Notes: generated from the sequence alone by a model not told the origin. 53,460 nucleotides of DNA from Halosimplex sp. (GCA_042217395.1 JBDGSU010000019.1:1-53460), one strand, 5' to 3'; positions 20,740-30,143 are shown, counted from the stretch's first letter. A program made the numbers and translations.

Positions 20740-21798
20740 TTACGACCGGACCGCCGGCGGTTGGCCGGGCAGTTCCGCCCGGTCGTGCGGCGCGTCGAAG
20801 TCCACGTCGGGGCCGACCGGGACGAATCCCGTCGGGTTCAGGTCCCCGTGACTTCGGTAGTAGTGCTCTTTCACGTGGTCGAGGTTCACCGTCTCGGCGA
20901 CGCCCGACCCACGGGTCGCTTCGCGCGAGGCGCCCTCTTGGCGCACACTCCCCGTTCGTTCGTTTTCCGTCGCCTCGCTTCGCTCGGCGACGCCCCCGGT
21001 CTGGTACAGGTCCCGCGCGTACGCCCGGAGGTTCGGATAGTCGACGAGCCGGCGGACGTTGCACTTGAAGTGGGTGTGGTAGACGGCGTCGAAGCGGACG
21101 AGCGTCGGAAACAGCCGCAGATCGGCGAGCGGGAGGCGGTCGCCGACGAGGTATCGACGGTCCGAGAGGTGTTCGTCCCACCGGTCGAGCGCGTCGAAGA
21201 CCCGCTCGACGGCCGCCTCGTACTCGCTCTGGGTCCCGGCGAAGCCCGCCGCGTAGACCCCGCGGTTGAGCGGTCGGTACAGCTCCCCGATCACCTCGTC
21301 TATCTCCTCGCGACTGTCCTCGGGGTAGAGATCCGCGCCGCGGTAGTCGGCGAAGGCGTCGGCGAGCGTCCGCATGATCTCGTCGGATTCCTCGTTGACG
21401 ATAGTGCCCGCCCGCTCGTCCCAGAGCACCGGCACGGACACGCGCCCGGTGTAGTCCGGGTCGGCCTCCGTGTAGACCTCGCGGAGGTAGTCGTGCCCGT
21501 GGAGGCGGTCCGGGGTACAGCCCGGCTTCTCCGGAGTGAACTCCCAGCCGTCGTCCCTGCGGTGCGGGTCGACGACGCTGATACCGATCGCGTCGTCCAA
21601 TCCGAGGAGTCTCCGGACGAGGAGCGTCCCGTGGGCCCACGGACAGGCCCTCGAGACGTAGAGGTGGTACCGTTCGGGGTCCGCCGGGTGGCGGTCCGTA
21701 CCGACCTCGTTCCGGAGCTCGGTCGGCTGGTAGTCGTAGTCTTCGCGTTCGTCGTTCGATACGTCGCGCAGCCATTCGCCGTCGATGAGTCGTCCCAT
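20740..21798 (-). CDS. Glutathione S-transferase omega/Xi-like (glutathionyl-hydroquinone reductase, YqjG/ECM4 type) with 30-aa in-frame insert
   Basis: RYHLYVSRACPWAH, SVPVLWD, NRGVYAAGFA, LVRFDAVYHTHFKCN and HYYRSH motifs. Confidence 0.95.
   Translation of the reverse strand: MGRLIDGEWLRDVSNDEREDYDYQPTELRNEVGTDRHPADPERYHLYVSRACPWAHGTLLVRRLLGLDDAIGISVVDPHRRDDGWEFTPEKPGCTPDRLHGHDYLREVYTEADPDYTGRVSVPVLWDERAGTIVNEESDEIMRTLADAFADYRGADLYPEDSREEIDEVIGELYRPLNRGVYAAGFAGTQSEYEAAVERVFDALDRWDEHLSDRRYLVGDRLPLADLRLFPTLVRFDAVYHTHFKCNVRRLVDYPNLRAYARDLYQTGGVAERSEATENERTGSVRQEGASREATRGSGVAETVNLDHVKEHYYRSHGDLNPTGFVPVGPDVDFDAPHDRAELPGQPPAVRS
20893..20995. repeat. 90-bp in-frame insertion flanked by 13-bp direct repeat
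   Basis: CTCGGCGACGCCC at 20893-20905 and 20983-20995; the interior carries two TCGCTTCGC motifs. Confidence 0.85.
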
Positions 21799-21830
21799 GG
21801 ATGTGCGGGTAGTTGCAGTCGTCCGGCGGG

Positions 21831-22250
21831 TCAGACCAGCGCGGGGCCGACCGCGTAGGGCCACGCCGTCGTCGAGAGTGCGAGGACGAGGAGCGCCGCT
21901 CCGGCCAGTCCCGCGTTCTTCAGGAAGTGGATCTGCTCGTTCTGGCGGTCCTGGCCCTCCTGGGCCCAGAAGTCGTGCATGACCGGCGTGACGCCGACGA
22001 GGAAGCCGACGACGAGCAGGGCACCGACGGCCGGGAACGCGCCCAGCAGGATCGCCGCTGCGCCGGCGACCAGCGCGACGCTGGACAGCGGGACCAGTAG
22101 CCGAGCGGCCGGCGCACCCTTGTGCTCGGCGTAGGCGACGGTGTCCTCCAGGTCGAGCAGGTTGCCGACCGCCATGAACCCAAGGACGGCCGCGAACAAC
22201 GCGCGACCCGCCAGCAGCGCCGCGCCGGCGAACGTCGAGTCGAAGCCCAT
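21831..22250 (-). CDS. DoxX family membrane protein
   Basis: LLAGRALF..., TPVMHDFW and IHFLKNAGLAG signatures; 4 TM segments. Confidence 0.93.
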   Translation of the reverse strand: MGFDSTFAGAALLAGRALFAAVLGFMAVGNLLDLEDTVAYAEHKGAPAARLLVPLSSVALVAGAAAILLGAFPAVGALLVVGFLVGVTPVMHDFWAQEGQDRQNEQIHFLKNAGLAGAALLVLALSTTAWPYAVGPALV

Positions 22251-22336
22251 CAGGCCGACACCTCCCGAACGGCCCCGGGTCCAGCCTCGTCGGTCGATTC
22301 CGCGTCGCTACCTCGGAGTACGAGCGTTCCGTTCAT
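22250..22336 (-). CDS. Putative 28-aa upstream ORF coupled to the DoxX gene
   Basis: MNGTLVLRGSDAESTDEAGPGAVREVSA*; the stop overlaps the DoxX ATG (TGATG), it contains GGAGGTG, and an AT-rich box lies about 27 nt upstream. Confidence 0.4.
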   Translation of the reverse strand: MNGTLVLRGSDAESTDEAGPGAVREVSA

Positions 22337-22361
22337 CGCATCCCCGACTTTCGACGCCACC

Positions 22362-22392
22362 GTAATAATTATCAGGTAAATTATGATATATC
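22362..22392. promoter_or_regulatory. AT-rich divergent promoter with inverted repeat ATAATT-N8-AATTAT (candidate HxlR operator)
   Basis: The inverted repeat at 22365-22384 lies between the divergent DoxX/GST and HxlR genes. Confidence 0.45.
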
Positions 22393-22501
22393 GGGTGGTG
22401 GGCGGTCGACCGGGTACGGTCGGATGGACCGGGTATACCGCGGTGTATCGGGACGTGTCGACCCGCGAGATTTTTCACGCGAGCGTTCGAACCGCGGGGT
22501 G

Positions 22502-22864
22502 ATGGAGACGGACGACCCCGAGGACCGGTTCGCGGAGATGGACCCGCAGGCGTGTCCCACCGCCGAGTCGCTGGACGTGATCGGGACCCAGTGGCGGCTG
22601 CACGTCCTCCACGACCTCGTCGACGAGGGTGAGATGCGGTTCAACGAGCTCAAGGAGTCGACGGGGGCGAGTTCGCGGACGCTCTCGCAGTCGCTCGACG
22701 CGCTGACGGCGGCCGGGCTCGTCGACAAGCGCATGGAGGAGGCCGCGCCGGTGGCGACCTACTACTCGCTGACCGAGAAGGGGAGAGCGCTCGGGCCCGT
22801 CTTCGACGAACTCGACGCGTGGGCCCGTGAGTACGTCGACCCCGTCGACTACGTCGAGGACTGA
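22502..22864 (+). CDS. HxlR-family (MarR/DUF24) winged-helix regulator
   Basis: CPTAESLDVIGTQW, MRFNEL, SSRTLSQSL and YSLTEKGRAL. Confidence 0.93.
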   Translation: METDDPEDRFAEMDPQACPTAESLDVIGTQWRLHVLHDLVDEGEMRFNELKESTGASSRTLSQSLDALTAAGLVDKRMEEAAPVATYYSLTEKGRALGPVFDELDAWAREYVDPVDYVED

Positions 22865-22948
22865 GGCGGCCGTCGCGGTCCGCAACGGGCCCGCTCCCGA
22901 GACCGATTTCGGCGACCGCTTAAGGCCGTCGGCGCCCTCCCCACCGAT

Positions 22949-24058
22949 ATGTCCGATACCACGGCCTACGCCGCGCTCGGCGACCGCCTCCTCGTCGTCC
23001 GCGGCGACGGAACCGACCCGGGTACGAGCGAGGGATGGACCGTCACGGAGCGCCTCGTCGGTCGCGACTTCGAGTGCATCGCGGCGAGCCCCGACCGCCC
23101 GGATCGCGCCTTCGCCGGCACCGTCGAGTCGGGCCTCCAGCGCACGACCGACGGCGGTCTCGCGAGCGACGCGAGCGAGACCTCGTCAGACCGTCGGTCT
23201 GACGGCGGTGACACCTGGGATCGCGTCGCGCCCGAGATCGACGACCGCGTCACGAGCGTCGCCGTCAGTCCGCACGATCCCGACGTGGTCTGGGCCGGTA
23301 CCGAACCCTCGGCGGTCTACCGCTCGACCGACGGCGGCGACTCGTGGGTCCCCCTCCCGCCGCTGACCGACCTCCCCTCGGAGTCCGAGTGGGCGTTCCC
23401 GCCGCGACCGCACACCCACCACGTCCGCTGGCTCGAGCCGGACCCCAACGATCCCGAGCGGCTGTACGTCGCCATCGAGGCCGGAGCGCTCGTGCGGACG
23501 GCGGACGCCCTCGCCGAGGACCCCCCGTCGTCGGACGGGGCGGAGTTCTGGCGGGACCGACCGGACGGCGCCCGCCGCGACAACCACACGCTCGCGACCC
23601 ACCCCGACGCCGAGGGACGGGTCTACACCGCCGCCGGCGACGGCTACGCCCAGTCGGAGGACGGCGGCGACACGTGGGCCTACCCGCAGGAGGGGCTCGG
23701 TCACCGCTACGTCTGGGGGATGGCCGTCCCGCGCTCCGACCCCGACACGGTCGTCGTCTCGGCCGCAAGCGGCCCCCGGAGCGCCCACACCGTCTCGACG
23801 GCCGAGGCGTACGTCTACCGGACCGAAACCGCCGGCCCCGGGGACGGGACCGAGTGGGACCTCGCGATGGACGGGCTACCCGAGCCCGAGGGCACCGTCC
23901 GATCGGTGCTCGCCGCCGCCGACGGGCCGGTCCTGTTCGCGCTCAACAACCGCGGGCTCTACCGCTCGACCGACGCCGGCGCGTCGTGGGACCGCCTCGA
24001 CCTCGCGTGGCCCGACGCGTACGCGTCGCAGACGCCGCGCGGGCTGGCCGTCGTCTGA
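22949..24058 (+). CDS. WD40/YVTN/BNR (Asp-box) beta-propeller protein
   Basis: Repeated SxDGGxTW boxes; WAFPPRPHTHHVRW. Confidence 0.9.
   Translation: MSDTTAYAALGDRLLVVRGDGTDPGTSEGWTVTERLVGRDFECIAASPDRPDRAFAGTVESGLQRTTDGGLASDASETSSDRRSDGGDTWDRVAPEIDDRVTSVAVSPHDPDVVWAGTEPSAVYRSTDGGDSWVPLPPLTDLPSESEWAFPPRPHTHHVRWLEPDPNDPERLYVAIEAGALVRTADALAEDPPSSDGAEFWRDRPDGARRDNHTLATHPDAEGRVYTAAGDGYAQSEDGGDTWAYPQEGLGHRYVWGMAVPRSDPDTVVVSAASGPRSAHTVSTAEAYVYRTETAGPGDGTEWDLAMDGLPEPEGTVRSVLAAADGPVLFALNNRGLYRSTDAGASWDRLDLAWPDAYASQTPRGLAVV
23150..23209. repeat. 51-bp in-frame insertion flanked by 9-bp direct repeat
   Basis: GACGGCGGT at 23150-23158 and 23201-23209; two internal hairpins split an Asp-box. Confidence 0.8.
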
Positions 24059-24059
24059 G

Positions 24060-24138
24060 ACGGATTATTGCAAGACAGTCCGGGATCGACCGCACGACTA
24101 CGTGCGTTCGACCCGGTAAACGCTTGCTTCGAATCCGT
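24060..24138 (-). mobile_element. About 80-bp palindromic MITE/REP-like element, copy 2
   Basis: The reverse complement is nearly identical to 18372-18449; starts 1 nt after a stop codon, between convergent genes. Confidence 0.8.
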
Positions 24139-24179
24139 ATGAGTCCGGCCGCCGCCTGTCGCCACCCGCGGACGACTGT

Positions 24180-24566
24180 TCACATCGCGGTGCCGATCCC
24201 GTAGACCGCCGTCGTCACCGCGACCGCCGCGGCCAGCGCGACGGCGACCACCTGGACCGCCTCGATCCGGTCCCGCCTCACGGCGTCGGCCTCCGCGACT
24301 GTCCCGGCGCCCCCGCCCGACCCCGAGAGGTCGTAACGGGCGAGCGCGGCCAGGCCCACGCAAAAGCCCAGCCGGTCCTGCACGACCCCGAGGAACCCGC
24401 CGAACAGGAGCGGGAACGCCCCGAGGAGGAACCCCGCGGGGCGGCCGGTCGCCGTCACGAACCCGACGTACGCGGCCGCCACGAGGAACGAGGCGTCTCC
24501 CAGCCGCCGACGCGTTCGCCGCTCGTCGCGTCCGATGTTGCAGACGCCCGGCTGGTACTCGGTCAC
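24180..24566 (-). CDS. Small membrane protein of unknown function
   Basis: GTG start; EYQPGVCNIG...3 TM segments with FCVG. Confidence 0.8.
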   Translation of the reverse strand: MTEYQPGVCNIGRDERRTRRRLGDASFLVAAAYVGFVTATGRPAGFLLGAFPLLFGGFLGVVQDRLGFCVGLAALARYDLSGSGGGAGTVAEADAVRRDRIEAVQVVAVALAAAVAVTTAVYGIGTAM

Positions 24567-24719
24567 GAGAGTTCTGTGTGGAGGAGCCGGTATAAGCACA
24601 CCAGCAAACAGCGTCGGTACGAGGAGTGGTTCGCCAGTAGCGGGGACTCGGGAACGCGGCGATCGATGTCCGAGATCGGGACTGAAAGATATTTCATCGC
24701 GACACGCCACAGCACGGGT

Positions 24720-25877
24720 ATGCACGATTTCGTCGTCGTGGGCTGTGGCCCCGCGGGGTCGCGGTTCGCCCGCCGCGCCGCCGAGCGGGGCCGCGACGTG
24801 CTCGCCTTCGAGCAGGGCGAGGTCGGGAAACCGCTGGCCTGTTCGGGCCACGTCTCCACCGACATCTGGGACTACGCGCCCGAGGGGGCCCGCGAGCGCC
24901 TCCGCCAGAACGTTGTCTACGGCGCGCGATTTCACCTCGGCGGCCCCCGCGGCGGTCCACCGGGCGACCCGCGCCCGGACGGGCACGCCACCACGACGCC
25001 GAAGCGCACCTCCGGGGAGTTCCCCGCCGCGACCTACCCCTTCTACAAGGACGAACAGGTGTCGAACGTCATCGACCGCGTCGGGCTGGACAGAGAACTG
25101 GCGGACGCGGCGCGCGAGGCGGGCGTCGACCTCCGGGAGAACCACACCGTCGTGGATGTCGAGGAGCGCCCCGACCGCGTCCGCGTCGAGGTCCGCGGGC
25201 CCGACGGCGTCGAGACCCACGAGGCGCGGATGGTCGCGGGCTGCGACGGCCCGAAGTCCCGGGTCCGCCGCGCGCTCGAGTTGCCCGAACCCGACGAACT
25301 CCTCCACGGCGTCCTCGGCTTCTCCGACGAGGACGACGCCGGCGACTTCGTCGACGTCCACCTCACCGTTCCGGAGTTTTTCGCCTGGCGCATCCCGCGG
25401 GGCGAGGCGGGCGTCGAGTACGGATTGGCGACGCCGCCCGGCGACGACGTGCGCGAGCGCTTCGACCGCTTCACCGCCGACTACGGCGTCAAGACCGACC
25501 ACCGGTGTTCGGGCCTCATCCCCGTCGGTCCGCCCGACTCGGTGACGAGCCGCCGCGCGTTCCTGGTCGGGGACGCCGCCGCTCAGACCAAGCCGTTCAC
25601 CGGCGGGGGCATCCTCTACGGGATGACCGCCGCCGACCACGCCGCCCGCGAGATCGACCCGCGCCGACCGGGGAGCCTCGCCGACTACGAGTCCGCCTGG
25701 CGCGCGGACCTCGAACGCGAGATCCGACTCGGCCACTGGATCCGGCGGGCCTACTCGCTCCCGGAACCAGTCCAGCGGGCCGGACTGCGCGCGTTCTCCG
25801 GCGAGATCGGCGTCCACATGGACCGACCGACCACGGTCTTCTCGCTCGACCAGCTGAAGTCCCTGTTGCGCTCCTGA
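24720..25877 (+). CDS. Geranylgeranyl reductase family FAD-dependent oxidoreductase
   Basis: VVGCGPAGS, GKPLACSG, GCDGPKS, FAWRIP and LVGDAAAQTKPFTGGGI. Confidence 0.93.
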   Translation: MHDFVVVGCGPAGSRFARRAAERGRDVLAFEQGEVGKPLACSGHVSTDIWDYAPEGARERLRQNVVYGARFHLGGPRGGPPGDPRPDGHATTTPKRTSGEFPAATYPFYKDEQVSNVIDRVGLDRELADAAREAGVDLRENHTVVDVEERPDRVRVEVRGPDGVETHEARMVAGCDGPKSRVRRALELPEPDELLHGVLGFSDEDDAGDFVDVHLTVPEFFAWRIPRGEAGVEYGLATPPGDDVRERFDRFTADYGVKTDHRCSGLIPVGPPDSVTSRRAFLVGDAAAQTKPFTGGGILYGMTAADHAAREIDPRRPGSLADYESAWRADLEREIRLGHWIRRAYSLPEPVQRAGLRAFSGEIGVHMDRPTTVFSLDQLKSLLRS

Positions 25878-26077
25878 CCGGTCGGAGACGTCCTCCGGGA
25901 CCCCGCTCCCGTCCGATCGCACTGGGACGACCGCGACCCGGGTCGGACTCCGCACGCCGGGTTTGAGCCGCCGCCTCCGTCACCGCTTCGAGTCGTCGGC
26001 GCGGTCGGACCCCGTCGACCCGAAGCGGTCTCGCGGTTCAACAGACCTTTGAGGAATCAATCTGAGACACTCATACC

Positions 26078-26557
26078 ATGCCCGACCTGGACGAACTCGA
26101 CTGCAGTATCCTTCGGCGCCTCCAGGAAGACGCCCGCAACACCACGCCGGTCGACATGGCGGCGGAGCTCCCGGTGTCCGCCCAGACCGTCCGGAACCGG
26201 ATCGAGAACCTGGAGGAAGAGGGCGTGATCGAGGGATACGTGCCGCTCGTCGACTACGAGCGCGCCGGCTTCCCGATCCGGATCAGCTTCACCTGTACCG
26301 CGCCGGTGACGCGTCGCAGCGAGATCGCCGAGCGCGTTCTTGACCTCCCGAACGTGGTCAGCGTGGAGGAGCTACTGAGCGCGAACGAGAACCTCCGGGT
26401 CCTCGCGGTCACCCCCGACTCCGGGGAGATCACGCCGCTCACCGAATCGCTCGTCGACGTCGGACTCACGATCGAGAGCGAACGCCTCGTCGACCACAGA
26501 CGCGTCCGGCCGTTCGAAGAGTTCTGTGCCCGCTCGGTCCCGGTCGACTCCGAGTGA
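26078..26557 (+). CDS. Lrp/AsnC family transcriptional regulator
   Basis: LDELDCSILRRLQEDAR...VSAQTVRNRIENLEEEGVIEGY. Confidence 0.95.
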   Translation: MPDLDELDCSILRRLQEDARNTTPVDMAAELPVSAQTVRNRIENLEEEGVIEGYVPLVDYERAGFPIRISFTCTAPVTRRSEIAERVLDLPNVVSVEELLSANENLRVLAVTPDSGEITPLTESLVDVGLTIESERLVDHRRVRPFEEFCARSVPVDSE

Positions 26558-26665
26558 CGGTGCCCGCCGCGATATTTGACTTTCCCAAATTACCAACTCG
26601 ACTCGTATGTGTACCTAATACTTGAGGGCGATTATTTTTATCAACAGCCGACATCTTCTCCGGTG

Positions 26666-26926
26666 ATGGTACCGCAGGACGGGCCGGGCGAGAGGCCCGG
26701 CGGAGACGAGGCGTCGATAGCGGAGATCGTGTCGGCGGTCGCGGACGACGCCGGGGTCGACCCCGTGGAGTTGCCGCCCCTCGGCGAGACGGTCGACCCG
26801 GACGCGCTGGTCGACCTCCTCGCCGCCGACTCGGCGGTCGCGGTCTCGTTCGAGTACGTCGGCCGCCGGGTCGAGATCGGGTCCGACCGCGAGGTCCGCG
26901 TCGACGATCCGAGGGACGACCGATAA
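26666..26926 (+). CDS. HalOD1 (halobacterial output domain 1) protein
   Basis: IVSAVADDAGVDPVELPPLGETVDPDALVDL...VSFEYVGRRV signature. Confidence 0.9.
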   Translation: MVPQDGPGERPGGDEASIAEIVSAVADDAGVDPVELPPLGETVDPDALVDLLAADSAVAVSFEYVGRRVEIGSDREVRVDDPRDDR

Positions 26927-26927
26927 C

Positions 26928-27149
26928 ATGTACGTCTGCGTCTGCCACACCTGCGAGGAGGGGATCTCCGCGCTCGAACGCGGCCCCGTACAGGAGTTTT
27001 TCGACGACCACGCCGACGGTCGGCACCGCGTCGTGCTCGAACGAGTCGACTCGACGGCCGGGACCGTCGCGGAGGCGGCGATCGGAGCGGCCGCGGGCGA
27101 CGACGCGTCGCGACCGGAATCGGACGGCGCCGGCCGGAACGACCGCTGA
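26928..27149 (+). CDS. Small putative zinc-finger protein (CxxC...Hx4H)
   Basis: MYVCVCHTC...FFDDHADGRHRV; starts 1 nt after the HalOD1 stop. Confidence 0.65.
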   Translation: MYVCVCHTCEEGISALERGPVQEFFDDHADGRHRVVLERVDSTAGTVAEAAIGAAAGDDASRPESDGAGRNDR

Positions 27150-27397
27150 CCCCCGACCTCTCCGCCGAGGCCTTCGGCCGCCGCTCCGCACGACCTGCCG
27201 ACGCCGCTCGCGGCGTAGCCGAAGAGCGTGGCGATTCCGTCGAAACGATGATCGAGCGGGGCCCCGTACGGCGGGCGTAGCACTGGAACTGTCGCAGACG
27301 CGACCCGGTGGGAACGCCGCGACGACCGACCCGACGGGCCGGAGACGGCTTCGACGCTCCGGAAACCCTAACCGCCGTCCGACCCCAGGTCGGAGCG

Positions 27398-28573
27398 ATG
27401 ACGGTCATCGAGTCGGTCCACGCGGACCACGGCGCGACCTTCGAAGAGCGGGGCGACCGCCGGGCGGTGGCTCACTACGGCCGCCCCGAGCGCACGCACG
27501 CCGCCGTTCGCAACGTCGTCGGCGTCACCGAGAAGGGCTACGGCGTCCTCACCGTCGAAGGCGACGACCGGGTGGAGTTCGTCGACAACGCCGTCTCGAA
27601 CCGCGTCCCCCGCGCGGACGGCGAGGGGTCGTACGCGCTCCTGCTCGACCCCCAGGGGCGCATCGAGACGGACATGTACGTCTACAACGCCGCCGCCGGC
27701 GACCGCCTGCTCGTCTTCCTCCCGCCGACCGAGCACGAGCGCGTCGCCGAGGACTGGCGCTCGAAGACGTTCATCCAGGACGTCGCGATCACCGACGCCA
27801 CCGACGACTTCGGCGTCTTCGGCGTCTACGGGCCCAGCGCGACCGAGAAGGTCGCGAGCGTCCTCAACGGCGCGGCGTCGCCCGACGGCCCCCTCTCGTT
27901 CGTCCGCGGGTCGATGGCCGACGCCGGCGTCACCGTGATCCGCGACGACGGGCTGACCGGCGAGGAGGGCTACGAGGTGGTCTGCGCGGCGAGCGAGGCC
28001 GCCGACGTCTTCGACACCCTGGAGAACCGCGGACAGGCCGCGGCCCCGTTCGGCTACCGCACGTGGGAGACGCTGACGCTCGAAGCTGGCACCCCACTCT
28101 TCGAGACCGAGCTCTCGGGCCGGCTCCCCAACGACTGCGGCGTCCGCAACGCCCTGGACTTCGAGAAGGGCTGTTACGTCGGCCAGGAGGTCGTCTCCCG
28201 GATCGAGAACCGCGGGCGACCGAGCCAGCGGCTGGTCGGACTCGTCGTCGACGCCCGCGGTGACGGGACCGACGCCGCGGTTCCCGACGCCGGCGCGGCG
28301 GTCTTCGACGGCGACGCCAGCGTCGGCGAGGTGACTCGCGCCGCCGAGAGCCCGACCCGCGGCGAGCCGGTGGCCCTCGCCGCCCTCGACGGCGACCCGT
28401 TCGGCGGGGCCAGCGGCGCCAGCGATGCGGCGAGCGACCGTGCGGACGACGACGAGACCGCCGGTCTGACGGTCCGCGTCGACGGTGCGGAGCGGCCCGC
28501 GAGGCGGGTCGCGCTCCCGTTCGTCGAGGGGAGCGACGACTCCGCGCGGCGACCGCGCTATCCGGACAGCTGA
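27398..28573 (+). CDS. YgfZ/GcvT-like folate-binding protein (CAF17/Iba57-like)
   Basis: LLDPQGRI and FEKGCYVGQEVVSR (YgfZ signature). Confidence 0.92.
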   Translation: MTVIESVHADHGATFEERGDRRAVAHYGRPERTHAAVRNVVGVTEKGYGVLTVEGDDRVEFVDNAVSNRVPRADGEGSYALLLDPQGRIETDMYVYNAAAGDRLLVFLPPTEHERVAEDWRSKTFIQDVAITDATDDFGVFGVYGPSATEKVASVLNGAASPDGPLSFVRGSMADAGVTVIRDDGLTGEEGYEVVCAASEAADVFDTLENRGQAAAPFGYRTWETLTLEAGTPLFETELSGRLPNDCGVRNALDFEKGCYVGQEVVSRIENRGRPSQRLVGLVVDARGDGTDAAVPDAGAAVFDGDASVGEVTRAAESPTRGEPVALAALDGDPFGGASGASDAASDRADDDETAGLTVRVDGAERPARRVALPFVEGSDDSARRPRYPDS

Positions 28574-28679
28574 AGCCGGTCGCGGTCAGTCGACACCGGT
28601 GGTGACTCGCCCGGCCGTCTGCGGCTCGGCGAACAGGTAGGGAATTTTATGAACGGGAAGTCCGATAGATCGTCACGTA

Positions 28680-30143
28680 ATGGAAGGCAAGCGGCGGTAT
28701 ATTCACGGCTCCGCGGTGAGCCTTATCGGCATTTGTATGTTTTTAGTTCCGGTGTTCGATATAGTGGACGACGTGGCAACCGGGAAGCCCGCGGGGTCGA
28801 CGCTACTCGAGAACGCGCCGCTGACGCTGCTGTGTCTCGGACTCGTCGCGCTCGGTGGCTGGCTGGTGCGATCGGGCTGGGCGGCCGACTACACGGAGAC
28901 GGTCGCGCGGTTCAGCGTCGCGAACGCGGTCGGTGTAGCGCTGTTGATGGCGCTCATCGTCTCGATACAGCGGGAGATCCAGGGGGATCTGAAGCCGCTG
29001 GTCATCGCCGCCGACGCGGTCGTGATCGGGACCCTCGGCGGCGTGGGCATGGGCGTCCGGACCGCACAGCAGGAGCGGGCGACCGCCGAGGCCGAGTCGC
29101 AACGCGACCGCTTCCGGGCGCTGTTCGAGAACGTGCCGAACCCGATCGTCGGCGTCGAGCGCGAGGGCGAGGAACCGATCGTCCGCACCGTCAACCCCGC
29201 GTTCACCGAGGTATTCGGGTTCGACTCGCAGACGATCGTCGGCGAGAGCCTCGCCGAGTACGTCGTGCCGCCGGACGAGTCGCTCGACCCGGTCGGCCAG
29301 CCGGCGACGGTCGAAGACGTCGACGCCACCTGGGACCGGAACGTGATCGACCTGGAGACCGTCGACGGCCAGCGGAAGTTCGTCCGGTTGACCGCGCCCG
29401 TCGAACGCGGTCCGTCGCGGGACCGCTACGCCATCTACATCGACGTGACCGTCCAGCGCCAGCGCCACGAGCGCCTCCAGGCGCTCTCGCGAACGCTCCG
29501 TCACGACATCCGCAACCAGCTCACCGTCATTCAGCCCTCGGCGCGGGCGATCGCCGCTCAGGTGGACGGCGAACCGGCCGCACACGCGGACCGCATCGAG
29601 GACGCCGCCGACAACCTCCTCGAGATCAGCGAGCGAGCGCGCGACCTCGAACGGCAGATCGCCGGCGAGAGCGACCCGCGACCGCGGAATCTCGCGCGGG
29701 TCGTCGAGGAGACCGTCGCGACGCTGCGCGAGCAGTACGACTGCGCGTTCGCCGTCGACGTGCCCGAGACGGTCTACGGAACCACGACGCCCGCCTTCTC
29801 GCTGGCCGTCGAGGCGGTCGTTCGAAACGCCGTCGAACACAACGACAGCGAGACGCCGACCGTCGAGGTGTCGGTCGTGGAGAGCCTCGACGGGAACTAC
29901 TACGACGTGCGCGTGGCCGACGACGGCCCCGGGATCCCCCAGAGCCAGGTCGAGGTCGTCAGCGGCGACAGCGCGCCCTCCCAGACCCAGCACCTCTCGG
30001 GACTGGGTTTGTGGACCGCGCGCTGGGTGATGCAAAACAGCGGCGGCGAACTCGAGTTCGACGCGAACAGCCCCGAGGGCGCCATCGTCACCCTCCGGAT
30101 CCCACAGGCGACCCCGCCCGAGACCGTCGCCGCCGAACAGTGA
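28680..30143 (+). CDS. Membrane-bound PAS sensor histidine kinase
   Basis: 4 TM segments, PAS (FRALFENVPNP...VNPAF), H-box LRHDIRNQL, NAVEH, DDGPGI and GLGLW. Confidence 0.94.
   Translation: MEGKRRYIHGSAVSLIGICMFLVPVFDIVDDVATGKPAGSTLLENAPLTLLCLGLVALGGWLVRSGWAADYTETVARFSVANAVGVALLMALIVSIQREIQGDLKPLVIAADAVVIGTLGGVGMGVRTAQQERATAEAESQRDRFRALFENVPNPIVGVEREGEEPIVRTVNPAFTEVFGFDSQTIVGESLAEYVVPPDESLDPVGQPATVEDVDATWDRNVIDLETVDGQRKFVRLTAPVERGPSRDRYAIYIDVTVQRQRHERLQALSRTLRHDIRNQLTVIQPSARAIAAQVDGEPAAHADRIEDAADNLLEISERARDLERQIAGESDPRPRNLARVVEETVATLREQYDCAFAVDVPETVYGTTTPAFSLAVEAVVRNAVEHNDSETPTVEVSVVESLDGNYYDVRVADDGPGIPQSQVEVVSGDSAPSQTQHLSGLGLWTARWVMQNSGGELEFDANSPEGAIVTLRIPQATPPETVAAEQ

Noticed and set aside
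27398-28573. Second gcvT
   Set aside because: The KGCYVGQE motif marks the YgfZ family; the true gcvT is at 51677 next to gcvH.
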